A DNA stretch of 61,686 nucleotides, filler included, from Dugesia japonica (GCA_001938525.1; 6 parts of 6 records of this genome joined end to end with filler, not necessarily neighbours in it), one strand, 5' to 3'. Positions 25,396 through 36,439 are shown, counted from the whole stretch's first letter. Program-made: numbers and translations. Notes: generated by a model not told the origin, from the sequence alone.

Positions 25396-26319
25396 TTATT
25401 CCAAGTATTTATCTTTTAACCTATTATACTTTTCACTAGTTATTAATCTATTGTCCAATAGTTTATTAATTATTTTATTAAAATCATTTTCAAGATTATC
25501 ATGTCCAGCTTTTATTGCACTAGTTATTTTAACAAACTTTTCCAACAACTTTATTGGATTTCCATTAGGATTTTCAATAGGATTTTCAATACCACTTCCA
25601 ATAGGTTTAATAGTATTAATTTCTTTATATTCAGGAGGATTTTTTAATTTTTTAAATTCTTCATCAAATATTCCATTTTTCTTACATGCTCTAATATATT
25701 TACTAGAAGATGGAGTAACAAAATTAAAGCTAGTTAAATAAATATTTTTAGCATTATCATCATTAGATCCATAACCAAACATTAACTTTAATACTTCTTG
25801 ATTAAAAGGTATTTCTTTCCCACTACCAGATTTATCATCTATAAAAAAATAATATTCTAATTCTCCGTTAACTAATCTTCGTTTTAAATAAATAAAATCT
25901 GAACCTATTTTAAAAGAATCAAAAGTTTTTTCCTGAGTAATTGGATCCTCATTATAAAAAATATAAGGAATCAAAGTAGGAGGTAAATCATATTTATTAC
26001 TAACTTCTAAATCTTCTTTTTTTATTGTTAATTTATCATCCTTTATATCTCCAGTAGGCTGTACTCCAGTAGGTTGACCAGCAGGTTGTTGAGGATTAAT
26101 TAAAGATTGTAATAAATTACCCTGAGGATTTAAGCCACTTGTTAAGCCACTTGTTAAGGCGCTTGTTAAACCACTTGTTAAGGCGCTTGTTAAACCAAGA
26201 TTAAGAGAAGGAAACTGAGATCTAAAATAAACTTGTTCTACTATTAATTTATTATATTTCTCTCTTCCACTAATTTGATCTTTTAAACTTTTTATTCTAT
26301 CATCAATCCAATCAGTCAT
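25396..26319 (-). CDS. Maverick protein of unknown function with low-complexity insert
   Basis: 307 aa. C-terminus IGSG...LLEKF....IKAGHDNLENDFNKIINKLL resembles a helical motif recurrent in Mavericks; LTSG/LTSA tandem repeats. Confidence 0.7.
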   Translation of the reverse strand: MTDWIDDRIKSLKDQISGREKYNKLIVEQVYFRSQFPSLNLGLTSALTSGLTSALTSGLTSGLNPQGNLLQSLINPQQPAGQPTGVQPTGDIKDDKLTIKKEDLEVSNKYDLPPTLIPYIFYNEDPITQEKTFDSFKIGSDFIYLKRRLVNGELEYYFFIDDKSGSGKEIPFNQEVLKLMFGYGSNDDNAKNIYLTSFNFVTPSSSKYIRACKKNGIFDEEFKKLKNPPEYKEINTIKPIGSGIENPIENPNGNPIKLLEKFVKITSAIKAGHDNLENDFNKIINKLLDNRLITSEKYNRLKDKYLE

Positions 26320-26357
26320 TTTGTTTAAAATATATTTAGTATTCCTTATCTAGATCC

Positions 26358-26963
26358 TTATCTAGATCCCTTCCATGGATTCAAATATAATCCCTTACCA
26401 CTTGGTATAATTTCTATTCCTTTTTTAAATTTCTTTTTATTAATTACTTTTAATGGTAAACCTTGACTTTTTAAATATTTATGAATAGCAGATCCTTGAT
26501 AAGGATTTAAATATATTCCAGTTCCAGTATACTGGGGTGGATCCGACTGTTGCTGCTGAGCAGCTGGCTGCTAGACAGCATGCTGCTGTTTTAATTGTCT
26601 TAATTGTTCTTCAAACAATTTATTCCTTTTCTGAACACCAATAGCTTCTCTTGAATTTGAAACTAATTTAGCTACACCTGCTGCTGCTCCCGCAACACCT
26701 CCTGCTACGCCTGTAACTGTTGCAATAGTAGGAGCAGCTGCACTTACAGCTGAACCTATTCCTGCCAAAATACCAGGTATTAAAGCCAATAAAGGAAATA
26801 CTCCACCTTGTGTCGTGCGAACTCCATCCTCATACTTTTGTTTTAATATTTCTTTAGTCTTTTTACCTATCCAATAATTTTTACCATTTATTTTTATTGA
26901 TTTGGATTTTTCACTATTTATTAAATCTATTAATTCTTTTTCAGTTGTGTTACTGTTAACCAT
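26358..26963 (-). CDS. Adenovirus pX-like core/membrane-active precursor, 201 codons with one in-frame TAG (26571-26573)
   Basis: QGGVFPLLALIPGILAGIG resembles the pX segment GGFLPALIPIIAAAIG. The frame stays open for 70 codons after the TAG, with GTGIYLNPY and GKGLYLNPW, to TAA at 26358-26360. Confidence 0.7.
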
Positions 26964-27074
26964 TTTATTTAACCGAGCGAAGCGAGGTTTCTATTTTTAT
27001 ATATAATAATTTAGTATTAACATAATTTAGATTCCAACTAGTTGGATAGATACCAAGGCCGCTTCGCGGCCAGG

Positions 27075-27963
27075 CTAAAACAAGGAATCCATCAAAACTT
27101 CTTGTTCCTTGTCTAGATAAAAATAATTATGTTTAGTTTTCCAATGGTGATTGGTTTCAAAGTCGTATTCTTCTTTATTATTAAAAATGTTACTAAATAA
27201 ATCATGATAGACATTATCTTTATCTCTTTTACCCAATTTAAAGAAAATAAAACAATTTCTATTATTTCTTATACTATTTTTATCCAAATCATAATATGTT
27301 TGAGATATATAAATTACATTGCAATTATTATGNNNNNNNNNNNNNNNNNNNNNNNNNNNNNNNNNNNNNNNNNNNNNNNNNNTTTTTATCCAAATCATAA
27401 TATGTTTGAGATATATAAATTACATTGCAATTATTATGTCTTCCTCTAGTAAAGTAGGATTTCTGTATTGATTGGTTTTTCTCATTTACTACATCATCAA
27501 AGATTATTAAATTCTTTTTATTTTTAGGTAACTTGTCACATGGTACAATATCACTTGATTTACTCGAAATTGAAATTGAAATCAACTCATCTGTCTGATT
27601 ACTGCTTAACTGGTTACTGCTGCCCAGCAAACTGCAATACCAAAAGATGATTTCTTGTGGATTTAAATCTTTGGGAATTCTATCTTGTACTTCATCTGAA
27701 AAAATATTCATTTAATCTTGTTTACTTAATCCTTGAGTAAATCCATGATATAATAATTGAATTTCAAATTGATTAATAGTAGTTGAAAATAAAATAAAAT
27801 TATTATAGTCTATAAAACTTGGTGTTAATAATATTTTTAATAACAAAACATTTTTACCACATCCAGATGAACCAATAATTAAACATCTGAATTGAGGAGG
27901 AAATATTTTATGTTGAAATTTACTTGCACTATTTTTCCATATAGGCAATATTCCACTTGCCAT
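27075..27963 (-). pseudogene. A32/FtsK-type packaging ATPase with one in-frame TAA and an assembly duplication
   Basis: Walker A IIGSSGCGKN (N in place of T/S), Walker B LIIFDD, RGRH...ISQTYY, SIRNN. In-frame TAA at 27712-27714. HNNCNVIYISQTYYDLDK is repeated on both sides of the gap at 27333-27382. Confidence 0.9.
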
Positions 27964-27967
27964 TTTA

Positions 27968-29347
27968 TTATAAATTAGTTGGACTTAACTCATTAGAATA
28001 AAATCTACCTAGTATTTCATCTCCTTCTTCATCTACAATTCCATAAGTTAATACTCCATCCCATGGTTGAGATGTGTTATTTTCTCTATAGATTTTGTAT
28101 ATTGTAAAAATACTTTTAGACCAATTTGTTGTATAACCTTTTTTAAATGTTCCTTTAAATCTAAAAATCCTAACTCTATCACCAATCTTTAATTTTTTGT
28201 TACCAAGATTCCATTTAACTGTTTTCTTATCTAGTTTAGTTAACTGTAATTCTGTAGGATTACTAGCATGTTCAGGAGTAATTCCAATTGAACTGTGAAT
28301 TGTATTATTATAATCATCAACTATAGAATTTAACAAATCTATATCCCATTTTTGATTACCCTGTTTAGTAAAAATTTTGTATAATCTTCTTTTAAATGTT
28401 CTAATTACTCGCTNTACAAAAACTGCTTTACCTTGAAGTTCTGTATTTAATGAAGTAGAATATAAATTAATATTATTATCATCACAAAACTCTTGAAAAA
28501 CTTTATTATAAAATTCTCTTCCATGATCTACCCATAAATTATTAGGAATACGATTACTTTTTTCTATTATATTTTCTAATCCTTCTTTTACTTCTTGTCC
28601 AGTTTTGTTTTCTAATACTTCTATAAATAAAAATCTAGTAAATAAATCAATCACTATTAATACAGGGGTCATGACTGTTCCAGTTGACTGTCTGTTTTTA
28701 GTTGAAGACTTAAACCCTTTGGGATTTCCTAAAAACATTAAATCAGCTGACCAAGTTTCATCTTTAAAGAATAATTTTACTTTGAGAAAGTGTTTATTTT
28801 TTTTGAAAGGTTTATGTAATTCATCAACTAGTTTATCAACAGCTCTAGTCTTTAGTCCAGCTCCCAATATTATCTTACCCTTCATAGCTAATTTAACTAT
28901 TCCTCTTTGAATCTTTTCAGTTATAGTTGGATTTTCTATATTATTTAAATCATGAATCATGTTTACATCAGCAATATGTCTATCTCTAACATCTTCACTA
29001 ATGTATGCTATATCATGTTTTAGAGCAGATTGATCAACTCTATTTACTGGTTCTTCCCCTGGTTTTGGTTGCATATAATTTGAATCATTAGGATCTTGTT
29101 CCAAACGAAGATCCAGTCTAGTTCCTGGTCCAGTGTAATTATGACCAAATAAATGCCTTTCACCTGGATACTTTTCTGTAGTAAAAGGTCTTAGTAAAGC
29201 ACTTGTTACTTTGGAAGATTGTAGATCTCCACCTTGTCTCGATTGGTCACCTCCGGCTCCCAGTTTTTTTAAACATCTTTTTTCATGTCTTAACATATTC
29301 GACTTGGTTAAATATCTATTACATCTTAAACACAATTCTTTAGTCAT
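27968..29347 (-). CDS. Zn finger / parvovirus-type PLA2 / rve integrase fusion protein
   Basis: CLRC..HEKRC finger; GHNYTGPGT and DQSALKHDIAY (PLA2); WSADL, IDLFTRF, LWVDHGREFYN, VXRVIRTFK, YNNTIHSSIGITP, IGDRVRI..FKKGYTTNWS (Maverick integrase). No chromodomain. Confidence 0.93.
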   Translation of the reverse strand: MTKELCLRCNRYLTKSNMLRHEKRCLKKLGAGGDQSRQGGDLQSSKVTSALLRPFTTEKYPGERHLFGHNYTGPGTRLDLRLEQDPNDSNYMQPKPGEEPVNRVDQSALKHDIAYISEDVRDRHIADVNMIHDLNNIENPTITEKIQRGIVKLAMKGKIILGAGLKTRAVDKLVDELHKPFKKNKHFLKVKLFFKDETWSADLMFLGNPKGFKSSTKNRQSTGTVMTPVLIVIDLFTRFLFIEVLENKTGQEVKEGLENIIEKSNRIPNNLWVDHGREFYNKVFQEFCDDNNINLYSTSLNTELQGKAVFVXRVIRTFKRRLYKIFTKQGNQKWDIDLLNSIVDDYNNTIHSSIGITPEHASNPTELQLTKLDKKTVKWNLGNKKLKIGDRVRIFRFKGTFKKGYTTNWSKSIFTIYKIYRENNTSQPWDGVLTYGIVDEEGDEILGRFYSNELSPTNL

Positions 29348-29369
29348 TTTTTTAATATTTAATTTTAAC

Positions 29370-30668
29370 TTACTTATTAGCTGGTGTTAACCCTGGTATT
29401 GTTGGTAATTTCATAGCTTTGAGATCTTGTCCTTTAATATTCTCTACAAACATTACTTTACCATTTGAAATTTTCAATTCTACATGCTTTTCTTGAAGTA
29501 TTAACCAATATAAATTACCACTTAATTCACTATCTTTGGTTATATGACATGTTAAATCTACATTATTTACAGTTAGTTTTTCCTCTTGAGCAGAGCAATC
29601 AAAACAGAATATTGGATAAAAACCTAACCAATCTTTAATACTTAGTTGAGGTTTTATTGCAAAAGCATTACACATTTCAACATACATTTGATATGGATAC
29701 ATTACTTGATTATTATTTACATCAAACTCCACTCTAGCATTTGGGTAATAAGTATTGTTTAGTTGTAATTGAATACTTTTTAGATAATAATTAAATGTCT
29801 TTTCTTCTTCTTTACCAGCTACATTTACCTTTTTAGTAACATTTTGTTTTATAGCAAATAAATTATTATTATTTTTATACGAATTATTATTATATTTAAA
29901 TCCTACTATAACAAATCTAGGTCTATATGGTAAATTACTCATTTTAATTGAAAAGCTAGTTCCTGTAGTTATTGAACAATTACCCATTTCTCTTTCCAAG
30001 AATGAAGATTGAATAGGTTTACCTTATGATAATCTTTCTAAATAACTAAATTCACTCTTGGGAGCTAAAGTCCATTCAGGAATAAGTAATTCAAGTGCAT
30101 CAATTTGAATTTCTACTTTATCATCTGTAGTTCCAAAGAATATTTTTTCATTCATTATCTCTCTATTNNNNNNNNNNNNNNNNNNNNNNNNNNNNNNNNN
30201 NNNNNNNNNNNNNNNNNNNNNNNNNNNNNNNNNNNNNNNNNNNNNNNNNNNNNNNNNNNNNNNNNNNNNNNNNNNNNNNNNNNNNNNNNNNNNNNNNNNN
30301 NNNNNNNNNNNNNNNNNNNNNNNNNNNNNNNTAGCTTTATCTACTAAAATTAAATTAATCATTGTAGAAGCTACATCTGGAAATGTTATTGACTCAATAT
30401 AAGTCAATCCTATTTTTAATCTCATTTGTGAGAATAAAGCTGGAAAGAAATCATTTTCCAATACAGTTGTTGGTTTTGGATTCTTGAAACTTATTCTAAA
30501 ATACATTTTTGCATTTCCTATATCCAAAGGATTAGTATTTTGTAGTGATTGAAATGAAACATCACCATTCTTGTTTAAATTAACTATCGATCCAGCTGTT
30601 GGAGAAATTTTCAACAAATCAGTTTTAGTTTGGTTGTGAATAAAGTCAATGTTAAAATCTAGATCCAT
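29370..30668 (-). pseudogene. Major capsid protein (double jelly-roll) with one in-frame TAA and an N gap
   Basis: ORFs 30024..30668 and 29370..29999 are in frame (LERLS*GKPIQSSFLEREM). Motifs: ALFSQMRLKIG, RPRFVIVGF, LQLNNTYYP, PIFCFDCSAQEE. Confidence 0.85.
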
Positions 30669-30680
30669 TTATTTAGAATT

Positions 30681-31007
30681 TCATTTTACCTTACCTAAAT
30701 ATGAATCCAAATCTTTACCAGTAATGTATTTAAAAGCCTTTTTCACCCATTTAATTATTTTAACTCTATTAAAGTAAATTATAGTTAACATTACAATTCC
30801 AATCAAGAAAAAAATAATAAACTTGTAAACTCTAATTTTTCCCTTTAAATCTACTATTGTTTTTTGATATTTTTTTTTATTTTCTTTTCTTAATAATTTT
30901 TCCATCTCCACACTTGTATTACTTGTTGTACTTGTTGTACTTGTATTACTTGTTATAGCTAAATCACTCAATATCTCCTCCTCCTTCTTTACAACTTCCT
31001 TTTCCAT
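30681..31007 (-). CDS. Small single-pass membrane protein of the Maverick
   Basis: 108 aa with S/T repeats, one TM (FIIFFLIGIVMLTIIYF) and a basic amphipathic tail; ends 12 nt before the MCP start. Confidence 0.65.
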   Translation of the reverse strand: MEKEVVKKEEEILSDLAITSNTSTTSTTSNTSVEMEKLLRKENKKKYQKTIVDLKGKIRVYKFIIFFLIGIVMLTIIYFNRVKIIKWVKKAFKYITGKDLDSYLGKVK

Positions 31008-32308
31008 TTCTTATAGACATAATTTAAGAAATATTGTTAAAGAACCTTGTTAAAGAAATCCTGATCATTTTTCAAACTATCTTTAATATATTTTTCATTT
31101 TTATCTTTAATTTTTTTAACTTGAGAAGTATAATATTTTTTTCTATTATCATCTTTTATTATATGCAATTCTATCATATTATTTAATTCTTCTTCATAAT
31201 TATAATTCACCCTTTTCTTAATTCACTAGAAGTTTTACTAGAAGTTGTACTAGAAGTTGTATTACTTCTTTCATATACTTCTTTATAAACTCTATAACTT
31301 AAATATAAATTTTTAAAGGTTTCTAAACTAATTGATTCCCCACTTTGTTCACTGTTTTTCTTTAATATTATTTTTAAATTTTCTTCTACGTCTAGCCTGT
31401 TTACAGAATCGTACTTCGTCGATTGTCAAATCTTCTAAAGACTCCGCTCGGAGTTCTTTTCTTTCTTGATCGGATTCTTCCATTGCACTTGAATCTTCAC
31501 TGCTGGATGTAATTTCGTCTGAATTGGTATCACTATCAATTTGTATTCGGCTTCCAGCTACACTTGTCATCCCCATATCATACTCATTATCTTTATCTTC
31601 TCTTCGTTTCTTAGGTGATGACGCATCATTCTCAATATTTAATTCTTAATCAAGGTCAATGCCACTGCACTTAGATCTTTTAGTATTGTTGTTTTGGTTT
31701 ACATTAGGTTTTGTTTGTTGGTCTGTAAGAGACTTAATTTTGTCCTTGGATTAATTGATTTCATTTTTATCTTTTTTCTTTAATGCTACTGGCCAGTAAA
31801 AAGCTGTAAGATGTAATTCCTCTCGTGGTGGTATTGAGGCGATGGGTTCTAGCGTATCCATTTTTGGTGTGAGGTTATGATCTTCCGTGGGTTTTATGGT
31901 GTCATCTTATAAGTTTGTTTTTTTAAGATGAATGAAGGCTTGTCGTATCCATTCAATTCTGTTGTTGGTAGTAGGCATTACTGTATGGTTCATTGACCAA
32001 ATCATATTTCGTATTTGGGGTTGAAATTGTACAGGTTTTAATATTGCTCCTATAACCGTATTCATCCGGTGTCTTGTGGTATTTGAATTTCTAACTAGAT
32101 TTTGATGCTATTTTCTTTTGACCAGATCTTTATAACCGATAATTTTATTTTATTATAATTTTATTTTATAAATCATAACCGATTATTATTTTTCATACAG
32201 CATTTGTCTAGCTTGTGTAATTATTGGATATGCGTCTTCCTTACCGATGAGTAGTTTTTCGTCATATCCCACTGTATCTGTATAATAATGTTTCACCCTT
32301 TCTCTATG

Positions 32309-32408
32309 NNNNNNNNNNNNNNNNNNNNNNNNNNNNNNNNNNNNNNNNNNNNTTAATTAATTAANNNNNNNNNNNNNNNNNNNNNNNNNNNNNNNNNNNN
32401 NNNNNNNN
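32309..32408. other. Artificial contig spacer N44-TTAATTAATTAA-N44
   Basis: Same 100-nt linker. Confidence 0.95.
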
Positions 32409-32431
32409 ATAATAATAATAATAATAATAAC

Positions 32432-32466
<35 letters not shown>

Positions 32467-32534
32467 TAATAGTAATAATAATTCAAATTAAATAAAAGCT
32501 TCGATCAAAATTTGTTTTTTTGGATTTTAAAAAT

Positions 32535-32569
32535 AATTCTATATTTCGACTTGGTTTTCGTCAGGAGTT
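32535..32569 (-). ncRNA. Minimal type I hammerhead ribozyme motif, degenerate copy (Penelope-type)
   Basis: Minus strand AACTC CTGACGA A AAC CAA GTC GAAA TA TA GAATT. Core is intact, with one mismatch each in stems I and II and palindromic ATAT at stem III. Confidence 0.55.
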
Positions 32570-35349
32570 GACTTACCTTTTTTAGGAAAGTAGTTCCCCT
32601 TTACTAAGAGTGAACAACATAGGTGTCGTATGTTGTGCACTTCTAGTTAAGGGAAACTACATATATTAAACCTTCGATATTAACATAGTCATTTTTAGAT
32701 TGAAGATCTCATTGCTGGACACCATAGATTGGATGTCGCAGTGAAATTAGTTACCAGGAATTCAAAATGACTAATACGTGAAATTTTATTTACATCTTGA
32801 ACAATTGGATTTAGAATCTGTTAGTTGATTTGGAGTATCTCCCTGACGATTTAATGGTTAAATTCTTCAAAGGAAGATTCTTCTAAGAGAAATATTAAGG
32901 TCTTAAATAAAAAAATACTTGGACACGCAAGAAATCAAACACGAAGTGGTGGACTCTTTTTTTCACTGGAAATTACGTCGACCATATTTGTTTAAAACAA
33001 AATTTTTCACACATATAAATAATATCGCCAATAACGATTCTTAAAATAAAATTATCTTAATATTTAGTGATTATAAATTAAGGAAAAAAATCTTAAATAG
33101 GAAATAAAGTTTTGGAATTTCAAATAAATTTTTTTAGAATTTTATTCCAAAATAATTTTAATAAAACATTTAGATCTTGAAATATATTCTTTCTAAATCA
33201 AAAATAATTTTTAATAATGGGATAATTTGTTAATTTATNNNNNNNNNNNNNNNNNNNNNNNNNNNNNNNNNNNNNNNNNNNNNNNNNNNNNNNNNNNNNN
33301 NNNNNNNNNNNNNNNNNNNNNNNNNNNNNNAAGAAAAATCTAGAAAAATATTATTTTATAAGAAAGATATTAAAATTAAATGAAATTTCAGGAATAAATT
33401 TTGGTAGATTTTCTTATGAAAATATAAATTGAAATGTTTACTTTCTAGATTTTAAGTTTGTTAATTTTAACTCATTTTAAATCAAACTTTTATAATATTT
33501 AATGTCAATTTGCAAATTATATTGGAGTATACAGAAAATCCTATCACACTCCTACTTTGATTAGTGAGGTTTCACTAAAGTGCAGTTGAAAATTTAACAA
33601 AAGTAATTTTCATAAAATTATGTGCATAATTCTAGTTTTTTTTAAAATTATAATAAAGTAATACATTTTAACATATTTATGTTAGGTCTACAAATAAATA
33701 ATCCAAATTTTTTATTGTGTTATATAACTAAATTGTTTTAATATTCCAATTTATAATCAGTTTTCAAATCAAATGTTTTACTGACATTCATTTTCCAAAG
33801 GAAACTTCAATCAGAAACTTCAAAATATTTCAACCCGGCAGTATCCTATATGGTAATAGATAAGGTGCATATTCAACACTGTATTTGGTATGAATTTCAG
33901 TTTCGGAAAAAACCAAATAAGAGCATGTGAATTTATCTGTTCCTTTTTCAGCAAATATGTAGTGTCGTATGATGCTTGCAAATTTTGGATTATTTATTTG
34001 CATATATAATATATAAATAGCAAGTCACAAAATAAACTCCCGATATTTATCAAATAAGTTATAAAAATTTAAATATTATATGGTTGTAATTTAGTTATTT
34101 GTATATTTACAAAATGATTTAAATCACAAAAGTCATTTTTAATTCAATCATATTGGATTAACTGAATCCTTGAATATTTATAAAAGTCTCGTTGAATCTG
34201 CTGGATTCTCGTCTGAACTTGTATGCTCAATATTGTCTAATCTACCATTCAACATAGCTTGTGTCTGACATTTTGTGTTTGTGGAGCATTGCATAGTTCA
34301 TATGTTGTACAAGATTCGTGATGATTTCACACGATCTTAGACTATCAAACTGTTAGATGATGGTCAATAGATAAGCTTCTCTAATAGCAAGGGAAAGATA
34401 CTTTGATGAACTCTAGACTGATGGATATTATAGTCTCGTTCTATTTATAAAGATTAATACTGATTAGTTACAAAATCCCAAAAATAAAGTTAGGCGAAGA
34501 TTCATTCTTGACTTGACCAAGGAGACATCTGAAACAATTAAAGATCCAGTTTATACAGCTACAAATACGACTAATATTCTTCATTAAAAGAAACTACAAA
34601 TATATCAATCAGATCTTTAGTATGTCCAAAAGGAAAAACATGTAAACTCCTTGTATCGGTGATTAAAGCAAGAATCTAATTAGTCGGAATCACCTAGTTG
34701 AAGTATACATGGAATACTTTGAATGCATAATCAATAAATAGTGAAATTATTGTATACTTTATTTTTTTAAATTTATTTAATTCACAATACAATTTTAAAA
34801 GTTTTCTTTTTGCTATTGTTGTAATATAAATTAAAAAATATTTAGAAATTATCCATGTTAATTTTTTTGTCTAAAGGCAGACAAATATAATCACATTAAG
34901 CGAGTTTGTTTGTTTATTTGTTGATTCATATTTTCATTAATGGATTTTAATCTTTTTTGAAAAAATAAAAACCTATTTTTGAAAAATTGCAAAAATAGAT
35001 TTTCAAATATTTTTTAAAGTGGTTTCTCTAAAAGAAATTATGAGAAAATTCATTTAATCTTAGATAGCATAAGTGTTTAAGACTTTATTTTTGTTTAATT
35101 TATTTTTGTTTATTTTATTTTATTTTATTTTTTAAATTTAGTATATATCTATTTAATATATTTTAAATATTTAGCTGTTATATTATTTACCGTGCAGATA
35201 TTTTTAGGCTAATTTCAGAAACAACATTAAATAAAATTTCTAAATACTTACCCCATCCCATAGAAAAGTAAATTTTAAAAAAAATTAAAAAATCCAGACA
35301 ATTTCTATTTTTCAAATATATACGAAATAAAATGTTAATGTTAATTATT

Positions 35350-35860
35350 TATGAGTAATATTGACTGCCGCTTCTCTTGAAGCAATAATCTGGTTAACGA
35401 ATCGAGATTTTGTCTCGAAGAGAGAAGTTATTGTTTCTTCCTTAATAGACAAAAGTCCGGCTTTTAAAGTTGCCCATAATAATCCAGGTCGTTACACATA
35501 AATTTTTGGCATTGCTTATTCAAGGAATGAAACAATCCAAGATCATTGATCATGCGATTGAGCGAGCTAGTTTATAACAATGACTCTTGGAGTTAAACTG
35601 GCACGTAGATTTTACCAACATGTGGACGAGCATTTAGATGAAAATGTTTCCGCACCAATATACTAATACAGGAATTTTCTTTCTGGGAATATTGTCATAT
35701 CTTTTGCGAGTGAATGAATGTAGCATGANCCATTTGTCATCAATGTCCGCACACGTGCCTCATATGTTACAGTGATGTTGTCAGCACAACGTCAATCTTT
35801 TATCCTTCTGATCATCTGTTATAAGTGGGCACATATTTTATGGACAAGTCTGAATTGTAT
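35350..35860 (-). pseudogene. Highly decayed IS630-Tc1-mariner transposase remnant
   Basis: Weak minus-strand traces (ITVTYEA, LDYY-G-L); many stops. Confidence 0.3.
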
Positions 35861-36439
35861 AAATTTTAATATTTAGTGGAAATAAATGAATTTTATATTT
35901 AATTTTATATTTAATAATTAATATATATAAATATTTTAACACTTCTCCTGACATTCGTAAATTTGTAGTTAATATTTACTTGTTTGTAGTTTTATATATG
36001 TGTGCTTATGTATGTGTGTAAGAAAACTTAAATTGGAATTGTGAATATTTTGTAAAATTAATTTCAATGTTTAAGAATTATAAAAAAAAATTTTAAATAT
36101 TTTAGAAATGATATTTATGTAAATACAAAATTAATTTTTTAAATAGGTTTTATTTTTAAAATGTATTGAATTTTAGTTCACAGAAATTTTCTTTACTTGA
36201 ATTTGATATTGCTTTGTTTTAAAATATTATGATTTGTTTGAATAAGCAAATTAATTTTTAAAAAATCTTTTTTATTTGGTATCAATTATGCAATTATATC
36301 GAAGTCTTTTAAATATTAATATTTAATTCAATTGTATTATTCTAATTTCCAAATTTATTTTAATTAATAATTAATTTGTAGTAAAATTTTTGAAATATTT
36401 TCCAATATTTTTAAAAACTTTTATTTTTAAATAATAAAT

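Larger units (their letters stand above)
20957..31330 (-). mobile_element. Maverick/Polinton (adintovirus-like) endogenous virus, partial; no TIRs visible
   Basis: About 13 tightly packed, intronless, co-oriented ORFs including all six hallmark genes: pPolB, rve integrase, A32/FtsK-type ATPase, adenain, MCP and penton. Confidence 0.95.

Noticed and set aside
27250-27440. Internal duplication in the ATPase gene
   Set aside because: Identical sequence on both sides of an N gap is typical of unmerged contig overlap; the same applies at 47327-47855.
26571-30026. Alternative genetic code (TAA/TAG reassigned) to explain three in-frame stops
   Set aside because: Neighbouring genes end at TAA/TAG exactly where the homologous proteins end and tile tightly. 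Three stops in ~10 kb fit sporadic nonsense mutation or sequencing error.
25451-30347. Plus-strand ORFs inside the Maverick (25451, 27204, 28605, 30105) and the overlapping minus-strand 24119..24313
   Set aside because: Antisense or alternative-frame shadows of well-supported genes, with no motifs.
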